A stretch of 14,615 nt of DNA, taken from the NCBI GenBank assembly GCA_965205655.1, contig CBDBIJ010000025.1, positions 1-14,615 of the forward strand. Direction: 5' to 3'. Of the stretch, positions 7,279 through 14,615 are shown in pieces. The position numbers and the translations under genes were made by a program. The notes beneath the pieces are model-generated. The model was not told the origin of the DNA. It did no database searches and was given only the letters and a program-made list of their open reading frames with translations. Within the stretch, counting starts at the first letter, position 1; every line of letters starts with the position of its first letter. This DNA is from Candidatus Latescibacterota bacterium. Its GTDB lineage: Bacteria; Latescibacterota; UBA2968; UBA8231.

Positions 7279-8070
7279 ATGATAGAAGGCATTTACATCT
7301 CAGCATCCGGTATGCTCCCGAAATCCGCGAGGCAGGAAGCCATCGCCAACAACCTGGCGAATATCGAAGTGCCGGGTTTCAAGCGAGACAGCATGTTTCT
7401 GCGCGAGATGCAGGAAGCCAAGAAACGTCACTCCGGCGACTACCCGGACTGGCGCATCAACCGCTTCGAAGGGGTTTGGACGGATTTCGAACAGGCGAAA
7501 CTGCGCCGTACCGGTCACATGTTCGATCTGGCCATCACCGGTAACGGGTTTTTTGCCGTGCGATCGCCCGAGGGTGTCCAGTACACCCGCAACGGGACCT
7601 TTGCCCGCAACAGCGAGGGGATCCTCGTCAATATGATGGGTCATCCGGTGCTGGACGAAGCCGGCGAGGAGATCTTCGTACCGAATACATTCAGCGCGCC
7701 CATCATCGACGGTTCGGGCACGATAAAGGGGCGCGATGAGCTGCTCGGTGCCGACACGACGCTCGGTCGCATACAGGTGACCGACTTCCCGGAGCTGTAC
7801 GACAGGGACCACCGGGCCCAGACGCCGTTTCAGCCAGTGCTGAAAAAGGGCAGGGACGGTCAGTTCATCCCGGCACCAGGAGCGCTTCGGGAGCCGGCCC
7901 AGAACTACGAGGTCGCCCAGGGATTTCTCGAGGAAGCCAACGTTCAAGCTGTGGTCGAAATGGTGAGGATGATCGACATCTTCCGTTCGTACGAAGCCGA
8001 CCAGAGATCAATTCAGGTGCAGGATAGCACCCTGGACCGGGCCGTCAACGACGTGGGTGTCGTGCGCTAG
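7279..8070 (+). CDS. flgF: Flagellar basal-body rod protein FlgF
   Basis: IANNLANIEVPGFKRD, TGHMFDLAITGNGFF, YTRNGTF and QGFLEEANVQAVVEMVRMI. It lies directly before flgG, with SD GAGGGG upstream. Confidence 0.88.
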   Translation: MIEGIYISASGMLPKSARQEAIANNLANIEVPGFKRDSMFLREMQEAKKRHSGDYPDWRINRFEGVWTDFEQAKLRRTGHMFDLAITGNGFFAVRSPEGVQYTRNGTFARNSEGILVNMMGHPVLDEAGEEIFVPNTFSAPIIDGSGTIKGRDELLGADTTLGRIQVTDFPELYDRDHRAQTPFQPVLKKGRDGQFIPAPGALREPAQNYEVAQGFLEEANVQAVVEMVRMIDIFRSYEADQRSIQVQDSTLDRAVNDVGVVR

Positions 8071-8189
8071 GCAATCGGGTCCTCAGAGCCAGGCAGACAG
8101 GGAGATCTGCCGACATGAGTCAACGGCTGCTTTGTGGCCGTACGTGAAAGACGCCGCTCGCAAACAGCGCGTGCGGGAGGAGAAAAGAG

Positions 8190-8978
8190 ATGAGCAGGGC
8201 TCTGTACACAGCGGCGACGGGCATGATCGCCCAGCAGATGAACGTCGACAACATCGCCAACAACCTGGCGAATGTGAACACGACGGGGTACAAAAAGAGC
8301 AAGCTCGAGTTTCAGGATCTGCTGTATCAGCAGCTGCGCCTCGCCGGTGCCACCCAGGCCGAGGGTGCGCAGGTGCCGGTGGAGTTGCAAATCGGGTACG
8401 GGACGCGCCCGGTGGCGACGCAGCGAATATTCACCCAGGGGACTGTCATATCGACGAACAACCCCCTGGATGTCTCCATCGACGGCGACGGTTTTATCCA
8501 GGTGACTCTGCCGGACGGGACGGTGGCCTACACAAGGGATGGAGCCCTCAAGAAATCGTCTGAAGGCACGATCGTCACCTCCGACGGCTACACGCTGGAA
8601 CCGGAAGTGACGATTCGTCAGGACGCCACGGCGATCAACATCTCGTCCAACGGCGAGGTGTCGGTGAAGATTCCCGGCGATCCGACGCTGCAGCAACTCG
8701 GCCAGATCGAGCTTGCCCGCTTCGTCAACCCGGCGGGATTGAAGACGATCGGCAGAAACCTGTTTCTGGAGACCGAAGCATCTGGCACGCCCCTCAACGG
8801 CGCCCCAGACACCGAGGGATTCGGGAAGCTGTCGCAGGGATTTCTGGAGCTGTCGAACGTGGAGGTCGTGGACGAGATGGTGAACATGATCGTGGCCCAG
8901 AGGGCGTACGAGATCAACGCCCGGGCGATCCAGACCTCCGAGGAGATGCTGGCGAACGCCAACAACCTCAGGCGCTAG
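8190..8978 (+). CDS. flgG: Flagellar distal rod protein FlgG
   Basis: IANNLANVNTTGYKK, FQDLLYQ, YTRDG and QGFLELSNVEVVDEMVNMIVAQRAYEIN. SD GGAGGAG. Confidence 0.96.
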   Translation: MSRALYTAATGMIAQQMNVDNIANNLANVNTTGYKKSKLEFQDLLYQQLRLAGATQAEGAQVPVELQIGYGTRPVATQRIFTQGTVISTNNPLDVSIDGDGFIQVTLPDGTVAYTRDGALKKSSEGTIVTSDGYTLEPEVTIRQDATAINISSNGEVSVKIPGDPTLQQLGQIELARFVNPAGLKTIGRNLFLETEASGTPLNGAPDTEGFGKLSQGFLELSNVEVVDEMVNMIVAQRAYEINARAIQTSEEMLANANNLRR

Positions 8979-9001
8979 TGTGCTGGCAGGGGTTTATACA
9001 A

Positions 9002-9811
9002 GTGATTGACAATCTGTCCAGAATGACTGGTGCGCTAGGCGCGGGCACGATTTTCTCGCTCGCCATTCTCGCCATGCTGGCGCTGACGGCGACTGCTGCC
9101 CCGGCCGCGGCACAGCAGCAGCCACAGCTCGAACTCACGGACGAGTCGGTGCGGCCGTTGAATGTGATCACGCAACAGGCCGTCCACGTGGCGGTCGAGG
9201 AGTACGTGCGGTCACGACTGGACGGAAAGACGCACGTGGATGAGCGGTTCGATATTCACATCCGGTGGCAGGGGGACATTCTCCTCGACGCCCCGATCGG
9301 TCGCGTGTCCTTCGAGGTGCACCCCGTTTCCCCGAATCCCTTTCGAGGGCCCGCGGTCGTGCGCGCCGAAATCCTCGTGAACGAGCGGACGGAAAAGGTG
9401 CTCACCATGACGGTGGACACGCGCTTTTACAGGGATGTCCTGGTGACGACGAGAGCCGTACGCCGCGGTACGCTGTTTGCCGACGACATGGTCGAGCTCG
9501 AGGAGCGAGACGTGACGAACCTGAGATACGGATACTTCTCAGACGTCGCGGCGCTGTCGGGCATGCAGGCACGGCGCCCCGTCGGCGCCGGCGCCGTCGT
9601 CAACGAGCGCCACGTAGAGCTGATCCCGGTGGTCAAACGCGGCGACGGCATCACGATGATGGCGCAGTCGCCGAACATGCAGATTTCCGCCAGCGGTGTG
9701 GCCCTGCAAGACGGCGGCATGGGCGAGCACATCCGCGTCAAGAATACGGATTCGGGCAAGATCGTCATCGGCGAGGTCGTGGACGCTGGCACAGTGCAGG
9801 TGGGGTCGTGA
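9002..9811 (+). CDS. flgA: Flagellar P-ring formation chaperone FlgA
   Basis: Signal peptide, SAF domain (VLVTTRAVRRG) and C-terminal VVKRGD...ALQDGGMGEHIRVKNTDSGKIVIGEV. The start is uncertain (GTG 8978, GTG 9002 or ATG 9023). Confidence 0.92.
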   Translation: MIDNLSRMTGALGAGTIFSLAILAMLALTATAAPAAAQQQPQLELTDESVRPLNVITQQAVHVAVEEYVRSRLDGKTHVDERFDIHIRWQGDILLDAPIGRVSFEVHPVSPNPFRGPAVVRAEILVNERTEKVLTMTVDTRFYRDVLVTTRAVRRGTLFADDMVELEERDVTNLRYGYFSDVAALSGMQARRPVGAGAVVNERHVELIPVVKRGDGITMMAQSPNMQISASGVALQDGGMGEHIRVKNTDSGKIVIGEVVDAGTVQVGS

Positions 9812-10377
9812 TGGGGATTCTTTTCACCGCCGTCCTCATCCTCGCCGGCACGGTCCCGGGCATGGCGCAGGCCGGCTCCCTGTTCTCGGATGCGGTGGCA
9901 AGCGGCGTCGGAGACAACCTGACCGTCCTCATCCAGGAAAACGCCTCGGCCTCCAATCAGATAGCCACGACGACGGCGAAGTCGAACGCCGTGGATATCG
10001 AAAGCACGGTGCCCGGGGCGGGCAACATCCTTGACTTTATTCCGCTGCACGCCCTGGAAAGCGACACCGACAACCAGTTTTCCGGCCGCGGGTCGACATC
10101 GAGAAGTGCGCGCCTGACGGCGCGGATAACGGTCACCGTGGTCGGAGCAAAACCAAACGGCGACCTGCTGGTGGAGGGGGTGCGAACCCTCAAGATCAAC
10201 GGGGAGACCGAAGCCATTCACCTGAGCGGCTCAGTCGATCCGGCCTTCATCAGCGTCAACAACACGATTCCGTCGTCGAGCATCGGAGATCTGAACATCG
10301 AGTACACGGGCAAGGGTTCGATAACCCAGGGAGCTCGACCCGGCATTTTCGTGCGCCTCATCAACTGGCTGCTGTAG
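9811..10377 (+). CDS. flgH: Flagellar L-ring protein FlgH (no cysteine or lipobox)
   Basis: SLFSD..A..VGDNLTVLIQE, ITVTVV...PNGDLLVEG...INGE and I.Y.GKG motifs. The start (GTG 9808 or ATG 9811) overlaps the flgA TGA. The upstream part of track ORF 9265..10377 is shadow of flgA. Confidence 0.92.
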   Translation: MGILFTAVLILAGTVPGMAQAGSLFSDAVASGVGDNLTVLIQENASASNQIATTTAKSNAVDIESTVPGAGNILDFIPLHALESDTDNQFSGRGSTSRSARLTARITVTVVGAKPNGDLLVEGVRTLKINGETEAIHLSGSVDPAFISVNNTIPSSSIGDLNIEYTGKGSITQGARPGIFVRLINWLL

Positions 10378-10399
10378 TGGAGGGAGCTGGACAGAGATC

Positions 10400-11500
10400 G
10401 TGAAGATGGTTCGTACAAGCTACATCGCAGTCTTGCTCGCATCGTGCATGGCCTCGCTATGCTGGGCCAGCGCACCGGTTCGCATCAAGGACCTGGCTCA
10501 TCTCCAGGTCGGAGAAGAGGTGCAGCTCACCGGTATCGGTCTCATCATCGGCCTCGAGGGAACGGGCGATGGCAGGCAGGCGAGATTCACGCTGCGAATG
10601 CTGACGAACATGATGCAACGGATGAAGCTGACGGTGGACCCCAACACGATTCGGGTGCGCAACGTCGCCGCGGTGAGCGCCACGGCGAAGCTCTCGGCAT
10701 TCGACCGCAAGGGCGCACACATCGACGTGCAGATCGCCTCGATCGGCGATGCCGAGACGCTGCAGGGAGGCACCCTGCTTCGCACCCCGCTCGCCGGACC
10801 CGACGGCACCGTTTACGTACAGGCGCAGGGGCCGGTGTCGATCGGCGGCTTCAATGCCGGGGGTCCCGGGGGAAGGGTCAGAAAGAACCACACGGTCGTG
10901 GGCGGCATTCCCAATGGCGGGCTCATCGTTGAAGAGCTGCCGAAGCAGGTGGACGTGAATGACGAGTTCGACCTCGTCCTCTACCACCCGGACTGGACGA
11001 CGGCGGCCCGCACGGCCTGGGCCATCGATGAGTTTTTCGGGGAGGTAGGGCTGGCGCAGGCCGTGGATGCGGGGACGATCACCATCAGGCTCATGGACGA
11101 ACTCGTGGATCCCCAGATGGTGACGGAATTCATGGCCGATATAGAGAAGATCTCCGTCATTCCCGATTTGCCCGCTCGCGTGGTCGTGAACGAGCGCACT
11201 GGTACGGTCATCATAGGCGAAAACGTATCGGTCTCGGCGGTGGCGATGTCACACGGAAGCCTCAAGCTGAAAATCCCGGGGGAGGCCTCGGGAGATCTGT
11301 TCGGCGCCGACACCGAGGTCGTGGAAGAGGAAGATCATCTCCATCCCATTATCAGCTCCTTCGATATTGGGGCCATGCCGACGGTGCGCGAGCTCGTCCG
11401 CAATCTCAACGCCCTCGGCGTCACGCCCCGCGACCTGATCTCCATTCTCCAGTCGCTCAAGACTGCCGGAGCGCTGCGGGCCGAGCTGATCATTGAGTAG
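10400..11500 (+). CDS. flgI: Flagellar P-ring protein FlgI
   Basis: RIKDLA, GIGLIIGLEGTGD, NVAAV, IGDAETLQGGTLLRTPL, ARVVVNERTGTVIIG and DLISILQSLKTAGALRAEL. Confidence 0.96.
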   Translation: MKMVRTSYIAVLLASCMASLCWASAPVRIKDLAHLQVGEEVQLTGIGLIIGLEGTGDGRQARFTLRMLTNMMQRMKLTVDPNTIRVRNVAAVSATAKLSAFDRKGAHIDVQIASIGDAETLQGGTLLRTPLAGPDGTVYVQAQGPVSIGGFNAGGPGGRVRKNHTVVGGIPNGGLIVEELPKQVDVNDEFDLVLYHPDWTTAARTAWAIDEFFGEVGLAQAVDAGTITIRLMDELVDPQMVTEFMADIEKISVIPDLPARVVVNERTGTVIIGENVSVSAVAMSHGSLKLKIPGEASGDLFGADTEVVEEEDHLHPIISSFDIGAMPTVRELVRNLNALGVTPRDLISILQSLKTAGALRAELIIE

Positions 11501-11514
11501 CGAATGGTAGACAG

Positions 11515-12071
11515 ATGAGTGGACCAAACAGCGTAAATCTTGCGGGGATGGCGGAGCGATCCCTCGTGCGCCAGTACGGCAGGGGCTACGCCGACCTGCT
11601 GTCCAGGCGAGACAGGTTCGGAGCTCCCGGCCTCCAAGAGGCGAGCGCTGTGCGGGCACCTCGAAAGCCGCCACGAGAGCAGCTCTGGCGCAGGCCAGCG
11701 AGGAGTTCGAGGCCATTTTCGTCTACCAGATGGTGTCGGCCATGCGCAAGACGGTGGGAGAGGGCTCCTTTCTCCCCAGGAGTAACGCCCAGCAGATTTT
11801 CGAAGGAATGCTGGACGAGGAGTGGAGCAAGAAGCTGTCGGGCAAGAGCGGACCGGGGGGGATCAGCGACCTGCTCTACAGGCAACTGAGTCGTCAGATG
11901 GGCCTCGAAGACGGAGAGTTGACCGAAAAAGACTCGGTCAACTCTCTCGCACAATCGAAAAATCCTCACGAATTTTTCGATTCTGCTGGGCACACCAGCT
12001 TCCCATTGCTGGACCTGGCACATGCGAACTCGCTTATCGCACCTAACATCAAAGATTCGGATCGGAAGTAA
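11515..12071 (+). pseudogene. flgJ: Single-domain FlgJ (rod-binding domain, no muramidase), apparently frameshifted
   Basis: The conserved AALAQASEEFEAIFVYQMVSAMRKTV...IFEGMLDEEWSKKLS...GISDLLYRQL lies in the frame of ORF 11730..12071 and begins upstream of 11730. That frame has no ATG/GTG/TTG back to TAG 11508, while the likely start ATG 11515 is in another frame. The shift lies somewhere before about 11680. Confidence 0.75.
11953..11982. repeat. Perfect 11-bp inverted repeat AATCGAAAAAT-N8-ATTTTTCGATT
   Basis: Arms at 11953-11963 and 11972-11982, in the AT-rich tail of flgJ upstream of flgN. Confidence 0.8.
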
Positions 12072-12086
12072 ACGATAATAGAAAAC

Positions 12087-12590
12087 ATGAACACATCACT
12101 TATCATCGAACTTATTGAAGTCATCAACGAGGAGATCCGCGTTTTCGGGGACCTCCTTGATCTCTTGCAGACGGAACAATCCGCCATCGTCGGGGATGAC
12201 GCTGCCGGCATAGAGGACACAGCCGCGCGGAAACACACGGCCCTGGAGGATGCGCAGCGGCAGGAAGCGCGGCGACAAAGGCTCGTGTGCGAGCTCTCCG
12301 AAGGGCTCGAAGTCGCTCCGGAAAAGGTGGATCTGTCGTGCCTCATCCAGGCGGTGGGAGGGGAGCGCGGCGAAGAGCTTGCCAGGATGCGGGATATGCT
12401 GCTTGAGCTCAACCAGAAGATCAGCGCGACCAACGAGAACAACGCCTTTTTGATCCGCCAGTCGCTGCGTTACACCGACCGCTCTCTCGACATCCTGACC
12501 GGGCATCCGGGGGATCGCGGCATGTACGGCAATCTCGGCAAGCCGCGAAAACGCGACGGCGCGCGATCTGTCCTGAATCGGACGGCATAG
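12087..12590 (+). CDS. flgN: Flagellar export chaperone FlgN
   Basis: 167-aa helical protein with LLDLLQTEQSAIV, NENNAFLIRQSL and a terminal MYGNLG motif. It lies immediately before flgK. Confidence 0.85.
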   Translation: MNTSLIIELIEVINEEIRVFGDLLDLLQTEQSAIVGDDAAGIEDTAARKHTALEDAQRQEARRQRLVCELSEGLEVAPEKVDLSCLIQAVGGERGEELARMRDMLLELNQKISATNENNAFLIRQSLRYTDRSLDILTGHPGDRGMYGNLGKPRKRDGARSVLNRTA

Positions 12591-12603
12591 GAGAGGGAGC
12601 GGC

Positions 12604-14025
12604 ATGCCACTGACTTCGGCGGCAAACGGCATCGAAATCGGCCGACGGGCCCTGCAGGCGCACCAGACAGCGCTCCAGGTCGCGAGCCACAACATCGCCA
12701 ACGCCAACACGCCGGGATTCTCGAGACGACGGGTCGAGCTGGAAACCGCCGACTCGGGCGTCAACCGGGGGATCGGCACCGGCGTCGATGCGGCAGCCAT
12801 CGTGCGCCAGCGCAGCAGGTTTCTCGACTCCCAGATGCGAGTAGAGCAGCAGCTTCTGGGTCGTTGGGAGGCGATCGAGGATTCGCTCACCGGTATCGAA
12901 GCGATTTTCAACGAGCCCACCGGCGCCGGCTCCAGTGAGGCCGGCACCATTTTTAACGAGCCATCGGGGTTGGGGCTGAGCGGCTCCTTCAGCCGTTTCT
13001 GGAATGCCTGGCAGGATCTGGCAAACGTTCCCGAGAGCGGCGCCGCCCGGGCCTCGGTGCGTCAGGGAGCCGATTTTCTCACCACGACGATGCATCAGCT
13101 GAGCACCCAGCTGCGCGACAACCGTCGGGGAATCGATGAGGAGATCGCCCGCATCGCCGGCCAGATCAACGAGATCATCGATCAGCTGGCAGCGCTCAAC
13201 GGCGAGATTCCGCGCTCCGGTTTCGATGGCGGCACCGCCGGCGATCTTCTCGATCGCCGCGATCAGCTGCTCGAGGAGCTCGCCCGCGAGGTGGACATCT
13301 CGGTCTTCGAGGCCGAGAACGGCCAGGTAACGGTGCTGTTGAGCGGCCACAATCTCGTCCAGGCTACGAACGCCATTCATCTCGGCGTGCGCACGATCAC
13401 CCAGAACGACTTCCCCACATCGACGCTCATCTTCGAAGACGACGGCAGCATCGCCCCGATTGAGGAGGGACAGCTGCGGGGACTAATCGAGGTGCGGGAT
13501 CAGACGATTCCTGACTTTCTGGCGCGAATCGATCAGATAGCGGCGGCACTCGTTGAAGAGGTAAACGGCGCCCACCGCACCGGATCTGGCGCCACCGGCC
13601 AGGCCGGGATCGACTTCTTCGATTCGGCCAAGACGACTGCCAGCAACATCGATATGGACGAGCTCATCCGTGCAGACCTGAACAACATCGCCGCCTCAGC
13701 CGACGGCAACAGCGGCGACAACGGCACCGCACTGGCCATTGCCGGACTGCGAAACAAGACCGTCCTCGCCGGCAATACGGACACGCTGGAGGGGTTTCTC
13801 TACACCCTGCTCGGGGAGGTCGGCGCCAGGAGCAAGGAAGCCTAGACGATGGCCGAAAATCACCGTCTTTTTGCCAGCCAGATCGAGAATCGGCGCCAGG
13901 GGGTCCAGGGGGTGTCGCTCAACGACGAGGCGGCCCAGCTCATCCTGTTCCAGAGGGCCTATCAGGCAGCGGCCAGGACGGTTGCCATCATCGACGATCT
14001 CATGGAAGTGACCATCAATATATGA
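12604..14025 (+). pseudogene. flgK: Hook-associated protein FlgK with in-frame TAG at 13843-13845
   Basis: SHNIANANTPGFSRRRV, GTGV, FWNAWQDLAN.PES and DLLDRRDQLLEEL motifs. After the TAG the same frame continues TMAENHR...GVSLNDEAAQLILFQRAYQAAARTVAIIDDLM to TGA 14023-14025, which is the conserved FlgK C-terminus. Confidence 0.92.
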
Positions 14026-14173
14026 ACCGCTCACGCAGATCAGCAGCTAGATCTGGAGGGTCCAAAGAGGCCGTCGGAGATTTCCAGAGTCGACGTAACC
14101 TAAAGCGTGCATTAATGATGGACAGATTCTGGGGCGCCGGTTATATTTGGCCAGAAAGGGGTGAGTGAGCGGC

Positions 14174-14615
14174 ATGCGGGTCACCACGCGTACGGCTGTA
14201 AACACCCTCATCCAGAATCTGGACCGCTCATTCGGACGTATAGTCAGGTTTCAGAAGGAGCTGTCGTCAGGCTCCCGGCTAAACGCCCTTTCAGATGATC
14301 CCGCCGCCGTGGAGCGCACCCTGGCTCTGCGGGCCGAGCTGAGGAACATCGAGCAATTCCAGAAGAATATAGACGACGGTTCGGGCTGGTTGGAGCTTTC
14401 CGAAGCGACCCTCGGCGAGCTTGAAGCCCTGTTTGTCGAGGCGCGGGGGCTGGCCGTCCAGGGCGCCAGCGATACCTATGACGCCCAGCAGCGCAAAGCC
14501 CTCGGCGACCAGATCGACCAGTTTCTCGAGCACGCCATCAGTTTGAGTGAAGGCCGCTACCGCGGTCGCTACATCTTCGCCGGGACGCAGACCGGTGAGC
14601 CGCCATATCAGGCGA
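14174..14615 (+). CDS. flgL: Hook-associated protein FlgL, 3'-truncated by the window
   Basis: Not in the ORF track. It reads MRVTTRTAVNTLIQNLDRS...LSSGSRLNALSDDPAA...RGLAVQGASDTY...YRGRYIFAGTQTGEPPY, a flagellin-N-like domain with the FlgL-type MRVT start and YIFAG motif. It follows flgK. Confidence 0.92.
   Translation, partial: MRVTTRTAVNTLIQNLDRSFGRIVRFQKELSSGSRLNALSDDPAAVERTLALRAELRNIEQFQKNIDDGSGWLELSEATLGELEALFVEARGLAVQGASDTYDAQQRKALGDQIDQFLEHAISLSEGRYRGRYIFAGTQTGEPPYQA

Noticed and set aside
8130..8170. c-di-GMP-I riboswitch suggested by GAAA, GACGC and GCAAA fragments
   Set aside because: The fragments are not in the GGCAAAC-P2-GAAA-P2-GACGCAAAG arrangement, and no P3 is evident.
9265..9807. 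Long N-terminal extension of FlgH
   Set aside because: Arg-rich alternative frame fully overlapping flgA. The FlgH signal peptide begins at 9808/9811.
12016..12034. sigma54 site TGGCACATGCG upstream of flgN
   Set aside because: There is no GC at the required 10-nt spacing from GG.
13843..13845. Genome-wide TAG recoding or alternative genetic code
   Set aside because: The GT4 gene, flgF, flgG, flgH, flgI and flgN all end at TAG where expected, so TAG is a normal stop.
1..14615. CRISPR arrays, tRNA/rRNA genes, intrinsic terminators, phage or defence genes
   Set aside because: I saw no regular repeat-spacer array, cloverleaf or rRNA-like tract, hairpin with U-tract at convergent gene ends, or such protein motifs by eye.

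Overview
GC-rich bacterial chromosomal window with two parts. The left part (1-6766) holds the 3' end of a DUF2231-like membrane protein gene with an in-frame TAA, a frameshifted cstA, and rpiA with a near-consensus sigma70 promoter. It also holds a GT4 glycosyltransferase, a sulfotransferase-family gene split by a complete 1341-bp IS3-family (IS2-like) element with a 4-bp target duplication, and a MotE/MgtE_N-like membrane-anchored gene. The right part (7279-14615) is a diderm flagellar operon, flgF-flgG-flgA-flgH-flgI-flgJ-flgN-flgK-flgL(partial), behind a consensus sigma54 promoter with a probable IHF site. flgJ is frameshifted, flgK has an in-frame TAG, and there is no flgM between flgJ and flgN. 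I see no convincing wholly new system. The best leads are the IS -1 frameshift cassette and asymmetric ends, a possible FlgH/FlgI lipobox swap, a possible flagellum-linked glycan-sulfation module, the split FlgK, and a cluster of gene lesions that is either decay or sequencing error.
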